A DNA stretch of 64,000 nt from Planctomycetota bacterium. Lineage in GTDB: Bacteria; Planctomycetota; UBA1135; UBA2386. Positions within the stretch are counted from its first letter, which is position 1. The number at the start of each line of letters is the position of its first letter. Made by a program: the position numbers and the translations under genes. Shown one piece after another: positions 27,838-38,086 of this stretch. Location: the NCBI GenBank assembly GCA_965228735.1, contig OZ245838.1:5280001-5344000 (forward strand), given 5' to 3'. The notes beneath the pieces were generated by a model that did no database searches, was not told the DNA's origin, and saw only the letters and a program-made list of their open reading frames with translations.

Positions 27838-28263
27838 TCAGCGCGCCTCGTCCAGCAGCAGCACGCGACCGGTGGCGCCGACGGCCGTTGTGCCCACCTC
27901 GTCGACGATGCGGCCGCGCAGGTCCACGACGTCGCCGCCGAGTCGGGCGTTGTGCCGGCTGCGGATCACGAGCCACTCGAGGCGGATGGTCGCGGTCGCG
28001 GGGATCGCCTTCTTGAAGCGGAACGCGAAGTCGAGCCCGAGCATCGGGCCGGTGGCCGCGAAATGCCGGGCCGACAGCGCCATGAGCAGGCCACTCGTGT
28101 GCGGGCCGCTGGCGATCGGTTCGCCGAAGCGGGATCGCGCTGCGGCAGCGGGGTCGTGGTGGATCGGATTGGTGTCCCCGAGCGTCGACGCCACCGCGGC
28201 GACGCTCTCGGGTGTGAGCCGCACCTCCTCGGAGAATCGCTCATGGGGACGGGCGCGCCGCAT
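27838..28263 (-). CDS. MaoC family (hotdog) dehydratase
   Basis: GDTNPIHHDP...SRFGEPIASG motif; start uncertain. Confidence 0.85.
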   Translation of the reverse strand: MRRARPHERFSEEVRLTPESVAAVASTLGDTNPIHHDPAAAARSRFGEPIASGPHTSGLLMALSARHFAATGPMLGLDFAFRFKKAIPATATIRLEWLVIRSRHNARLGGDVVDLRGRIVDEVGTTAVGATGRVLLLDEAR

Positions 28264-28324
28264 CGGCGGATCGTAACGGAGCAGAAAAACCTGTCACGAA
28301 CGGGCGCGCCAGTGCACTCGCTGG

Positions 28325-31300
28325 ATGATGGCAGACGTGCACGACTCCGGCGGCGCCAACCGTGACGTTCCAGGCGGCCCTGCGGGCGCCGGGGACCGGG
28401 GTGCGCCCTGGGACCGGTCCGCGGCGTTCGCCGAGCGGCTCGCGCGGTCGCTCGTGCGGGACGCGGCGCTCGCGCAGGACGTCGCGCAAGACGCGATGGT
28501 CGCTGCCGTGCAGCAGACTTCGTCGCGCGACGCTGGCTCGGCCGGTCGGGGCGATCCGCCCGGGCGAGGCTGGCTCGCGACCGTCATCCGGCGGCTCGCG
28601 GGTCGGGCGCTGCGCGAGCGGCGCGACCGACCCGTGCGCGAGGCGCGCGCCGGTCGTTCCGAGGCCTCGGACCACGAGCAGCGCACGGCCGAACGGCTCG
28701 CGCTGCAGCGGCAACTCGTCGCCGCGGTCGAAGGCCTCGCCGAGCCGTACCGCACCGTCGTCACGCTCCGCCATCTCGACGGGCTGAGTCCGCGCGCGAT
28801 CGCGCGCAGGCTCGGCAAGAACGCCGACACCGTGCGGCAGCAGCTGCACCGCGGCCTCGCGATGCTCCGGACCCGGCTCGACAGCAGCTTCGGCGACCGG
28901 CAGCAGTGGCTCGCGGCGATCGCCGCGAGCGGACTCGGTGGCGTCGGTCTCGTGCCGGCGGCCGTGATGGCGGTAGCGATGAAGAAGACGATGGCAGTGG
29001 CGGCGGCGCTCGTCGTGGGCGCGGTGGCGTGGTGGGCGATCTCGGACGGCGGTGAACCCGTCACCGTTCCAGCCGGTGGCGGTGACGGCAGCGATCCGGT
29101 CACAACGCAGGCGGCGAGTCAAGCGACCAAACGGAGCGCGCCGGCGGTGGATCGAACGGCTGCGACGGCCGAACGCACCGAGCTCGCGCTCCATGTGACC
29201 GTCGTCGATCACGAGGACCGGCCGCGGGCCGGCGTCGAGGTGCACTGCTGGGAAGTCGGTGAACGGGCGACGTTGCCGGTGCTCCTGACGGATCGGAACG
29301 GCCGCGTCGAGTTCCCGGCGCGTGACGGCGCCGGTCACGTGCTGGTCGTTGCGGAGGGCCGGCCACCGCAGCTCGAAGACCTGCCGCAGCTGCGCGGCGA
29401 GCATCGCATCGTGCAACTGCTCGGGCGGCGCGTTGCGGGCACGATGCTCGTCGACGGCGAAGTCGCGGCGCCCGGGGTTCGCATCGGCCTCAACACGACG
29501 GGCAGTCGTCCAGCTGGCGAACTGCCGTCGTCGATCGACAAGGTCTTCAAGAACTACTTCGGGCAGTGCTTCGCGACGACGAGGCACGGCGGTCACTTCG
29601 CGTTCGTGGGGCTCGCCGAGGATTGGCGTGGCAGCATCGTGATGCCGTCGACGCATTGGCTGCTGCCGCCGCCGGGCGAGGTCACGACGGACGGCAATCA
29701 GAAGTGGTTGAAGATCGACCGTCCGCATCCCGACCTCGTGGTGCGCACGACGCAACTGCCGACGATCGCGGGCCGGGTCGTCTGGGACGACGATGGCTCG
29801 CCCGTTCGGAACGCGTTGCTGCACGGCTACGCCAAGTTCGAGGGTGGTACGACCGCGCCGATGATCGGATTCGAGGCGGACAGCGAGGGTCGGTTCGCGC
29901 TCGGGTTCCCGCCGAGCAGTTCGGCGCTCTACACGCAGTGGTGCGACCCGCAGCGTCGGCCCGCGTTCGAGTCTGCGTGGGTCGCCGCGGACAGTATTCC
30001 TGGCGCGGTAGGTTCGGCGCGAGTCGATCTCGTGGCTGCGGACCTGCCCGCGACCGACGTCGAGATTCGGGTCGCGCGGGCGCAGCAGGAGTGGTTCGTC
30101 GTGCGCGATTCGGCCGGCGCGCTGATCGCTGGCGCGCGCGTCAGTGTCGCGTCGAGTGCGCCGAGCAACGCCGCCGGCCTGGGTTGGTTTCGCGGCCCGC
30201 TCGCCAAGGCCTACGTCGGTGCGCCCGGGCATGCCGTCGTGCCGGCCGAGCCGAGTGGGGGTGACGGCACTTCGAGTCAGCCCTTCGAGTTCGAGCTCCA
30301 AAAGACGAACGGTCTCGTCATCCGGGTGCACGACGGTGCGGGCAATCGGCCGAAAGTCGAAGGCGTGACGATCGAGAGCAACGGTGACCTGTTCTTCGGG
30401 GACCACTTGCAGACCTCGCTTCACCGGATGTTCGGCGGCAGCCACGCGAACTGCAGCAAGGGTGGCCAGTCCCTGCCCGACGGCGGCGTGGACTGGAACG
30501 AGTGGCGCTGTTTCCTGAGTCTCGACGACGCCGGCCACGCCGAACTGCATTCGCTCGTTCCTGGCCGCGAGTGCGAACTGATCGTCAAGGACCGGCTGCA
30601 GCAAGAACTCATGCGGGTGTCGTTCACGACGCCGGATGCTGGTGCGCGCGCGGAGGTCGAGGCGATCGTGCGGCAGCAGCCGCGGCGGATCCATGGCCGC
30701 GTGTTCGACCCCGACGGCGTCCCGCTCGCGGGCGCGCGGGTAGCGTTGCACGTCGAGCGCAACTCGACGGGGGCCACGACCGGGCCCGATGGCGACTTCG
30801 TGTTCGACGACGTTTACTCCGATGTGCCGCTGCGGCTCGTCGTTCGCGCGCAGGGACTCGTCGCCGTCGAGCGCGACGGGCTGCTGCCCGCGGACGATGT
30901 GCGGCCGCACGACTTCCGCCTGGAGCGTGGACGTACCGTCGACGTCCGCGTCGTCGATGCTGCCGACCGGCCGGTGCCGGTGCGGGTGCAGTTCGTCGAA
31001 CGCGTCAGCCGGAACAACAGCGCCCAACGACTCGGGCCCGGCCACTTCCGCTGGACGAATCTGCCAGCCGTCGCGACGTTCGCTGTCGAGCTCGGCAAGG
31101 AACGCTTCGAGGTCCGCCACGACACGACGCAGCCCGAGGTCGTGTTGCGCGTCCCCACGCCGGCGCGCGTGCTCGTCGAGCGGCCGGTAGGTGTCGCGGA
31201 CCCCGAGGACGGGTACCTCGCGGTCGAGCTGCGCCGGCTCGACGGTGACGAGGCCGACGCTCTCCGAATGTCGCTCTCGGACGACGACGATGATGACGAC

Positions 31301-31462
31301 GACGCCGAACTCGTGGTGCCCGGCCGCTACCGCGTCGAGGTCGTCGCCCGCGATCGCGATCGCACGCAGAGCCCCAATGTGTGGCACCGGCGCGCGCTCG
31401 GAATCGAAACGACGGTCGCGCTGTCGGCCGGCGAACTCACGCGGGTCACGTTCGACCGTTGA
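28325..31462 (+). CDS. ECF sigma factor fused to TM and carboxypeptidase-regulatory-like extracytoplasmic repeats
   Basis: LARSLVRDAALAQDVAQD, GWLATVIRRL, LAEPYRTVVTLRHLDGL, TVRQQLHRGL; TM; GRVFDPDGVPLAGARV. Confidence 0.88.
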   Translation: MMADVHDSGGANRDVPGGPAGAGDRGAPWDRSAAFAERLARSLVRDAALAQDVAQDAMVAAVQQTSSRDAGSAGRGDPPGRGWLATVIRRLAGRALRERRDRPVREARAGRSEASDHEQRTAERLALQRQLVAAVEGLAEPYRTVVTLRHLDGLSPRAIARRLGKNADTVRQQLHRGLAMLRTRLDSSFGDRQQWLAAIAASGLGGVGLVPAAVMAVAMKKTMAVAAALVVGAVAWWAISDGGEPVTVPAGGGDGSDPVTTQAASQATKRSAPAVDRTAATAERTELALHVTVVDHEDRPRAGVEVHCWEVGERATLPVLLTDRNGRVEFPARDGAGHVLVVAEGRPPQLEDLPQLRGEHRIVQLLGRRVAGTMLVDGEVAAPGVRIGLNTTGSRPAGELPSSIDKVFKNYFGQCFATTRHGGHFAFVGLAEDWRGSIVMPSTHWLLPPPGEVTTDGNQKWLKIDRPHPDLVVRTTQLPTIAGRVVWDDDGSPVRNALLHGYAKFEGGTTAPMIGFEADSEGRFALGFPPSSSALYTQWCDPQRRPAFESAWVAADSIPGAVGSARVDLVAADLPATDVEIRVARAQQEWFVVRDSAGALIAGARVSVASSAPSNAAGLGWFRGPLAKAYVGAPGHAVVPAEPSGGDGTSSQPFEFELQKTNGLVIRVHDGAGNRPKVEGVTIESNGDLFFGDHLQTSLHRMFGGSHANCSKGGQSLPDGGVDWNEWRCFLSLDDAGHAELHSLVPGRECELIVKDRLQQELMRVSFTTPDAGARAEVEAIVRQQPRRIHGRVFDPDGVPLAGARVALHVERNSTGATTGPDGDFVFDDVYSDVPLRLVVRAQGLVAVERDGLLPADDVRPHDFRLERGRTVDVRVVDAADRPVPVRVQFVERVSRNNSAQRLGPGHFRWTNLPAVATFAVELGKERFEVRHDTTQPEVVLRVPTPARVLVERPVGVADPEDGYLAVELRRLDGDEADALRMSLSDDDDDDDDAELVVPGRYRVEVVARDRDRTQSPNVWHRRALGIETTVALSAGELTRVTFDR

Positions 31463-31478
31463 GTCGACCTGGCGCCGG

Positions 31479-34010
31479 CTACTCGGGCGACATCGCGACC
31501 GGGAGCTTCGCGGTCTTGCCCGCGGTCACGACGATGGCGCGTTCGAATGTCCGATACCCCTCGCTCTCAATGCGTAGCTCCCAGGTGCCGGGCAGCATCG
31601 GCGCCTCGGTCGTCCACGTCTGGCCGAGTTTGGCTGCGACCGCGCTCATGATGTTCTCGCCGTCGCGCCGAAAGACGCCGATGCGTTCGAACTCCGCGTT
31701 GGCCTGCCAGCTCGGTCGCGCCTGCACGGTCGCGCCCTGACCGTCCCGCAGCGCTGGAGTCGGACCGAAGTCGAGCGCGATGCGACCTCCCTGCACCGCG
31801 TGCGCCGTCACCTTCGACGTCTGGCCCGCGAGCAGATCCACTTCGACCATGGTCGTGCTGCGGCACAGGTCCGTGGTCCACAACATCCAGCTGCCGGGCA
31901 CGACTTCGACGCGGTAGCGCCCGGGCTGCAGGTCGCGGAAGGCGCCGTCCCGCAGCTCGCGCGGCGCGTGCAGTCGTTGGTTGCTGCTGGGGTCGGTGGC
32001 GCTCCTGAGCTTGACCATGAACTGGTGGACGGCGCCGTGCGGCCCTCGCAGGTCGACCGTGAGTGCGGCGCGCGCGCTCAGATCGCGTGGTCGCAGCACG
32101 ACCTCCTGCCGGTTCTGCACGCGATGCAGTTCGATCGCCCCGACGAGCTCGCGACTCTCGACAGTCTCCCCGACGAACGAGTATCGCCGATCTGGTTGCA
32201 GCAGGAACGTCCACTCAGCCTGCGAGCCGCCGCTCGATCGGCGCAGGAGCCGATCGTTCGCCGCGGCGTCGTGCACCGCGATTGCATACGGTTCGAGCGC
32301 GGCGCCGTTCTCGTCCTCGGCGCGGATGTGGAGCACTACGGCATCCAGTGTCAGGTCGAGGCCGGTCGAGCCGGCGGTCACTTGGCTCACGCCCTCGAAC
32401 GCGGGTACGTGGCGTCCCAGGCGATGGGAGAGCTTGAACCTGCCCACAGCGAGGCCACGGAAGTGGAAGCGCCCGTGGTCGTCCGTCGTCGTTCGGCCGT
32501 CGCGTACACCTGGTGCTGCGACGAGATCGGCCACGCGATCGCCGCCGTCACGCGTGCCGCGGACCTGCATCGGCACGCCGACAGCCGGCTGCCCGGTGCC
32601 TAGCATGACGCGGCCGGCGATCTCACCGCTGCCGAGCAGGACGAGCGTGCCGACGTCCTGCACGTCCCGCTGGGTGAGCTGCAGCGTTCGGGTCGCGGTT
32701 CCGACCTGCAGCTTGCGCGCGGCGAGCACGCACTCACCGCTCGCGACGGTGCCGATACGGAAGTCGCCGTTCTCGTCGGTCCGCATCGTGGTGAGCGGCG
32801 AGGTGTCGCCGTTCGACTCACGTTTGCGCAGCGCGACGTCCGCGAACGCGACTCCGACGCCGCGATCGTCGACGACTCTGCCGCTGGCGCTGGCGCCGAA
32901 AGCCAACGTGACCGTGTCGGTCTGGTCCGGCTGCATGAACATCTCCTTCCGGAGCGGCACGAAGCCCGGCGCCCACGCGCGCACCACCACCATGCCTTCG
33001 TACTCGTGTTCGACGATCCAGCGTGCGCGACCGTTCGTGTCGACCGTTGGCGTGTGGTCGAGGCGCCTCGTCGTGTCGCCGGTGGCGCGCTTGGCGTCGT
33101 CGTCGCGCAGCAGGAGCGAGGCGGTGAGGCCAGTGAGCGCGGCGCCTTCGGGCCCGGCGAACTCGAGCGTCCAGAACGGCCGTCGACCGGTCGCGCCGTC
33201 GCGCGCTACCTCCGGTTCGGTCGACGGCATCGCGGCGGCCTCGCTTCGCGTTACCGATTCCGCGGCGGGTGCGACGCTGGCGCCGTTCGGACTCGCCGCC
33301 ACGTTGCCGGTGCCAGGTTCGGGCGGCGGCGCCCCCTCGTCACCAGGGAACGCGAAGAACACGATCGTCGCGGTCGTGGCGAGCGCGAGGACGATGCTGA
33401 TGGACTTGATCATGAGCAGCACACCGCCGGTGAGACCGGCGAAGGTTCCAACCGATGCTGTCGTGACCGGTCGGGCGTGCAGGACGCGTTCGATGAGCGG
33501 CACGGCCCACGCCGCCCGGCTCCCTGCCGTTCGGTCCAGGCTCGCGCGCAGTTGCTCGATGCCGCGCTGCACGCGCTTCCTGGCAGTCTCCGATCCGACG
33601 CCGGTGCGCGCCGCGACTTCACGCGGCGGCAGCCCGTCGTAGAAACGCAGCAGCACGGCCGTGCGATACGGCTCGCTGAGCCCGCCGACGGCCTCGGCGA
33701 CCTGCCGATGCAGCGTGAAGCGCTCGACGGTCTCGGCCGCCGAGGGCGCCTCCGGAGCGGGCTCGACGTCCGCCGCGCGCCGGCGCGACTCGGCGCGTTG
33801 GCGGTCGGCCCACAGTCGCCGGGCGACCGTCCTCAGCCACGGCCGCAGCGAGCTGCGGCGTTCCGGCCGCTGCTCGAGCGCCGCTACCAGCGTGTCCTGG
33901 GCGAGGTCCTCACCGCCCTCCCGGCCGCCCACGAGGGCGGTCGCGATCGCGCGCAGCCAGCCGGTTTCGGCCAGCAGCGCTTCGACTTCGGATTTCGGGC
34001 GATCGGTCAC
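31479..34010 (-). CDS. ECF sigma factor fused to TM and carboxypeptidase-regulatory-like repeats
   Basis: GWLRAIATALV, EDLAQDTL, PWLRTVARR, LSEPYRTAVLLRFYDGL; TM; GRVVDDRGVGVAFADV; GTG start inferred. Confidence 0.88.
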   Translation of the reverse strand: MTDRPKSEVEALLAETGWLRAIATALVGGREGGEDLAQDTLVAALEQRPERRSSLRPWLRTVARRLWADRQRAESRRRAADVEPAPEAPSAAETVERFTLHRQVAEAVGGLSEPYRTAVLLRFYDGLPPREVAARTGVGSETARKRVQRGIEQLRASLDRTAGSRAAWAVPLIERVLHARPVTTASVGTFAGLTGGVLLMIKSISIVLALATTATIVFFAFPGDEGAPPPEPGTGNVAASPNGASVAPAAESVTRSEAAAMPSTEPEVARDGATGRRPFWTLEFAGPEGAALTGLTASLLLRDDDAKRATGDTTRRLDHTPTVDTNGRARWIVEHEYEGMVVVRAWAPGFVPLRKEMFMQPDQTDTVTLAFGASASGRVVDDRGVGVAFADVALRKRESNGDTSPLTTMRTDENGDFRIGTVASGECVLAARKLQVGTATRTLQLTQRDVQDVGTLVLLGSGEIAGRVMLGTGQPAVGVPMQVRGTRDGGDRVADLVAAPGVRDGRTTTDDHGRFHFRGLAVGRFKLSHRLGRHVPAFEGVSQVTAGSTGLDLTLDAVVLHIRAEDENGAALEPYAIAVHDAAANDRLLRRSSGGSQAEWTFLLQPDRRYSFVGETVESRELVGAIELHRVQNRQEVVLRPRDLSARAALTVDLRGPHGAVHQFMVKLRSATDPSSNQRLHAPRELRDGAFRDLQPGRYRVEVVPGSWMLWTTDLCRSTTMVEVDLLAGQTSKVTAHAVQGGRIALDFGPTPALRDGQGATVQARPSWQANAEFERIGVFRRDGENIMSAVAAKLGQTWTTEAPMLPGTWELRIESEGYRTFERAIVVTAGKTAKLPVAMSPE

Positions 34011-34087
34011 GACATGTTCGACTCGTCTGGGCCCGCCGATCCGGGACGAGAAATCGGCGGCCCCCGCTACACCGTACGGGCCAGGCG

Positions 34088-35119
34088 TCAGTTCGCGACC
34101 GCCGTAACGATGCTCAGCGGGCACGCCGTCGCCGTGACCCGATCGAGCTTCAGCCCGGCCCGCTCGAACATCGCGGCGAACTGCTCCTCCGTGCGTTCGC
34201 TGCCGCCGTTGCAGACGAGCATGTTGATGTCGAGCATCTTGCCCCAGCTCGGGTCGTTGCCGGGCTCGATCACGTTGTCGACCACGAAGATGCGGCCGCC
34301 GTCGTTCATCGCCTCGCGGCAGCGCGTGAGGATCTGCACGCACTGGTCGTCGTTCCAGTCGTGCAGGACGTACTTCATCATGTAGGCGTCGTGACCGGCC
34401 GGCACGGCCGCGAAGAAGTCGCCGCCCTCGAACGTGACGCGCGCCGCGAGATCGCCCTGCAGATACGGCGCCTGCCGCGCGGCCTCGATCACCTGCGGCT
34501 GGTCGAACAGCACGCCGCGGACGCCGCCGTGCTGCTGCAGCACTGCCGCGAGCAGGTGACCGCCCGAGCCGCCGACGTCGACGATCGACGTCACGCCCGC
34601 GAGGTCGATCGCGGCCGACACGGCGGGGTTCTCCGCGCCGCTGACGCTCGCCATCGCCTGCAGGAAGATGCGTTCGTCCTCGGGGTGCTGCTTCATGTAT
34701 TCGAAGCCCGTCATCCCGAGCACTTCCTCCTGCGGAATCTTGTGCTCCTTGATCCCGAGCATGAGCTCGTCCCAGCCGCGCCAGTTGTAGGACGCCGGCA
34801 TCATGCGCGCGAACCCGGCCATCGAGTCCGGCCGATCCGTGCGCAGCGTCGCGCCGAGCTCGGTCAGCGCGAAGCGACCGTCCGCGTCCTCGACGAACAG
34901 GCCGACACCGGCGAGCGCCCGCAGCAATCGATAGAGCCGGTCCGGCTGCACGCCGGCGTCCTGCGCGAGCTCGGCGGCCGTCCGACCGCCGTCCCGTAGG
35001 GCGTCGGCGATCTGCAGTTCGGCGACCGCGTAGATCATCTTGGAGATCCAGAACCCGTTGATCAGGTCGAGCATCTGGATCGGCAGCGGCTTGCCGGCCG
35101 CGGGGGGCGTCTCGGTCAT
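34088..35119 (-). CDS. O-methyltransferase (Methyltransf_2 with dimerisation domain)
   Basis: LYRLLRALAGVGLF, IVDVGGSGG, GDFF, KYVLHDWND, GGSERT. Confidence 0.92.
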   Translation of the reverse strand: MTETPPAAGKPLPIQMLDLINGFWISKMIYAVAELQIADALRDGGRTAAELAQDAGVQPDRLYRLLRALAGVGLFVEDADGRFALTELGATLRTDRPDSMAGFARMMPASYNWRGWDELMLGIKEHKIPQEEVLGMTGFEYMKQHPEDERIFLQAMASVSGAENPAVSAAIDLAGVTSIVDVGGSGGHLLAAVLQQHGGVRGVLFDQPQVIEAARQAPYLQGDLAARVTFEGGDFFAAVPAGHDAYMMKYVLHDWNDDQCVQILTRCREAMNDGGRIFVVDNVIEPGNDPSWGKMLDINMLVCNGGSERTEEQFAAMFERAGLKLDRVTATACPLSIVTAVAN

Positions 35120-35291
35120 GGCGATACTGGTTATCCGTCCCTGCGCGGTGTCACGAGTCCAATCTGCTCCGGCATGCGGTCGCGCAGGGCGAGTCGAACG
35201 GCTGCGACGAACGAGGATCGAATCTCGGAACTCCCCGCCACGGGTCCCGTCCGCGGGCATCGTGACACGGGAGTTTCCCGTTCGGCCGCTC

Positions 35292-37064
35292 GTGGCCCAC
35301 CGCGTCCGCTCGCGCCCTTGCTCCCGGAGTCGCCCTTTGTCGTTCTGCAGTCGCCGTAGTCTCGCCGTTGCCGTCCTGTTCGCCGCTTCGTTCGCCCTGC
35401 CCGCCCAGGACCCGGTTGCGACCGCACCAACGAAGGCCCTGCCGTTGCCCGGCGAGGTGTTCGAGATCGCGGGGCGGACCGCGTTCGTGATCCAACCGGA
35501 GAACGACGACGACACGAGCTCACGGCGGTGGCCGTGGGTCTGGTATGCGCCGACGCTGCCACGGCTGCCGGCCGACGCCGAGAAGTGGATGTTCGAGCGG
35601 TTCCTCGCGGCCGGGATCGCGATCGCGGGGATCGACGTCGGCGAGTCGTACGGCAGCCCCGCCGGCCGCGAGCTCTACGGCGAGTTCTACGCCGAGCTCG
35701 TCGAGCAACGCGGCTACTCGCCGCGGCCGGCGCTGCTCGCGCGCAGCCGCGGCGGGCTGATGCTCTACAGCTGGGCGGCCGAGAACCCGCATTCGGTCGC
35801 GTGCATCGCGGGCATCTACCCGGTGTGCAATCTCGCGAGCTACCCGGGGCTCGCGAAGGCGAGCGGGGCGTACGAGCTCAGTGAGGCCGAGCTGCGGGCG
35901 CAACTCACGGAACACAACCCGATCGACCGGCTCGCACCGCTGGCGCGGGCGGCCGTGCCGATCTTCCACATTCACGGCGACAGCGACGCGGTCGTGCCGC
36001 TCGCCGACAACTCGGCGGAGCTGCGGCGGCGCTACGAGCAGCTCGGCGGCTCGATGGTGCTCGAGACCGTCGCGGGCAAGGGTCACGACATGTGGGCCGG
36101 TTGGTTCCAGAGTCAGGCGCTCGTCGACTTCGTCATCGCCAACGTGCGCAGCGCGCAGTCGGAGTTCACCCTGCAGGACACGGTCGTGCGCCGTATCTTC
36201 GAGGACAGTCGCGGGACGCTCTGGCTCGGCACGAACGGCAAGGGCGTGATCCGTTACGAAGGCGGCCAGCTGTCGAGGTTCGGCCAGGCCGACGGTTTCG
36301 CCGGGCACGCGGTGCGCGCGATCGCCGAGGACGCGGCGGGCAACGTGTGGTTCGGCGCGTCGGGCGGCATCAGCCGCTACGACCATGAGAAACGCACGTT
36401 CCGGACCTTTACCGATGCGGATGGTCTGGTCGGGCGGGACGTCTGGAGCCTCACGATCGATCGCCATGGCACCGTTTGGGTCGGCACGCTCGCGGGCGTG
36501 AGCCGGTTCGACGGCGAGGCATTCACGCCGTTCGAGCTGCCGGCGTCCGAGCCGGACCCGTGGCGCGGTGTCACGAGCGCCAACGTCGTGCACTGCATCC
36601 GCGAGACGCGCGATGGCCGCATGTGGTTCGGCACCAACGGCGGCGCGTACATCTGGGACGGCAAGTCGCTCGCGAACCTCTCCGAGGCCGACGGGCTGTC
36701 CAACCGCGTCGTGAACGACATCCTCGAGGACCAGGACGGCAACATGTGGTTCGCGACGCACCACGCCGGTGTCTGCCGCTACGACGGCAAGACGTTCCGT
36801 CACTTCGGCGAGGAGGACGGTGTCGTCGGCACCGAGGCGTGGTCGTTCCATCTCGATCGCAAGGGCCACGTGTGGTTCCCGGTCGAGAACGACGGCGTCT
36901 ACCGCTTCGACGGCAAGTCGTTCACGCGCTTTCACGACGAACAGGGCCTGGTGTGCGGCGCGGTGCAGGCGATCCACGAGGACCGCCAGGGTCGCGTGTG
37001 GTTCGGCGGCTGGATGGCGCTGTTCTGCTTCGACGGCGGGCGGTTCATCCGGTATTCGAGGTGA
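35292..37064 (+). CDS. Alpha/beta hydrolase fused to two-component-regulator propeller repeats
   Basis: PWVWYAP, ARSRGG, HIHGDSDAVVP, GKGH; then IFEDSRGTLWLGT repeats; start uncertain. Confidence 0.8.
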   Translation: MAHRVRSRPCSRSRPLSFCSRRSLAVAVLFAASFALPAQDPVATAPTKALPLPGEVFEIAGRTAFVIQPENDDDTSSRRWPWVWYAPTLPRLPADAEKWMFERFLAAGIAIAGIDVGESYGSPAGRELYGEFYAELVEQRGYSPRPALLARSRGGLMLYSWAAENPHSVACIAGIYPVCNLASYPGLAKASGAYELSEAELRAQLTEHNPIDRLAPLARAAVPIFHIHGDSDAVVPLADNSAELRRRYEQLGGSMVLETVAGKGHDMWAGWFQSQALVDFVIANVRSAQSEFTLQDTVVRRIFEDSRGTLWLGTNGKGVIRYEGGQLSRFGQADGFAGHAVRAIAEDAAGNVWFGASGGISRYDHEKRTFRTFTDADGLVGRDVWSLTIDRHGTVWVGTLAGVSRFDGEAFTPFELPASEPDPWRGVTSANVVHCIRETRDGRMWFGTNGGAYIWDGKSLANLSEADGLSNRVVNDILEDQDGNMWFATHHAGVCRYDGKTFRHFGEEDGVVGTEAWSFHLDRKGHVWFPVENDGVYRFDGKSFTRFHDEQGLVCGAVQAIHEDRQGRVWFGGWMALFCFDGGRFIRYSR

Positions 37065-37258
37065 ATACTGCGCTGGCGTGATGGCCTCGCCTGATGCGCA
37101 CGCGGCGGCTCGGCTTCGGCGGCTAGTGCATTCGCGGGCGGGGGTGGTCGCGAAACGAGACGACCTCGCCGTTTCTAGGTCTTTCTATTCAGTCGAGCCG
37201 TCGACCTGGCCGAACAAGAGGGGGTCAGCAAGAACCACGGCCAGACAGGAAGAAGATC

Positions 37259-37600
37259 ATGAAGCACAGAGACCCCCGCCCCGATCGCAGCACCTCGCAG
37301 GTCACCGGCCCGGCCCGGACCAAAACCGATCAGCTCGCGCGCTGGAAGCGGGCCTCGTTGCGCGACGAGGCCCAGCGGGCCGCCTGGCAGCTCGGGGCGC
37401 TGCTCCGGCGCGCCGAGCACGAAGCACCGGAAGTGCATGTGAAACTTCGGGTTGCGATCGAGGCGCTGCAGCTCCTGCGGGCCCGGTTGGTGCTCGAGGA
37501 CCGGGCCGCGATCCCGGCTGGCCTGCGGAGCCGCGTGCCGGCGCCGGGCCGGATCGCCAGCCCGCTGCGTGGCGAGGCTAGCCAGGGCGAACTTTTCTAG
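37259..37600 (+). CDS. Hypothetical protein ending in QGELF
   Basis: AGGAAGAAG upstream of ATG; 113-aa helical-looking ORF filling the gap. Confidence 0.55.
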   Translation: MKHRDPRPDRSTSQVTGPARTKTDQLARWKRASLRDEAQRAAWQLGALLRRAEHEAPEVHVKLRVAIEALQLLRARLVLEDRAAIPAGLRSRVPAPGRIASPLRGEASQGELF

Positions 37601-37648
37601 CCTTCGCGCTCAGGTTTCTCGGTCGATCACCCGATGGAGGGAGTCCCG

Positions 37649-38086
37649 ATGGCTACGAGCGAAATCGAGATCCGGATCGGTCCCGTCGAACTGACCTGCC
37701 GCGGCGAGGTCGACCAGGAGCAGCTCGACGGAGTGCTGCGGTCGTTGCGCCGCCAGCTGCCGGAGCTCATGGCGCAGAGCGATGCGCGCGCCGTGCCCGC
37801 CGCGGGCGAGCTGCTCGCCCGGTCGTCGGCGAAGACGCACGGCGACAAGGCCGGTGTCATCGCGTGGTGGCTCGAGACGTTCTCCGGCCGCACGGAGTGG
37901 CGCAGCGGTGACATCACCGACGCGCTGACCGAAGCCGGCGAAGAGCTGCCGAAGAACATCACGGACACGCTCAACCAGAAGCGCGACAAGGGCCTCTTCG
38001 AGGTCAACGACCGGCGTTGGCGCCTCACGGACGAAGGGCGCGGCTGGGTGAAGTACGCGTTGCTCGACAAGGGCGATATCGATTAG
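37649..38086 (+). CDS. Hypothetical protein, putative C-terminal winged helix
   Basis: GGAGGGAG upstream; ...DITDALTEAG...NITDTLNQKRDKGLFEVNDRRWRLTDEGRGWV resembles a wHTH end. Confidence 0.7.
   Translation: MATSEIEIRIGPVELTCRGEVDQEQLDGVLRSLRRQLPELMAQSDARAVPAAGELLARSSAKTHGDKAGVIAWWLETFSGRTEWRSGDITDALTEAGEELPKNITDTLNQKRDKGLFEVNDRRWRLTDEGRGWVKYALLDKGDID

Noticed and set aside
31280..31303. Poly-Asp GAC/GAT tract as a phase-variation site
   Set aside because: In-frame mixed trinucleotide; length change would not switch expression
37065..37258. c-di-GMP-type riboswitch upstream of the orphan module
   Set aside because: A GAAA-containing hairpin exists but the remaining consensus was not found; needs cmscan
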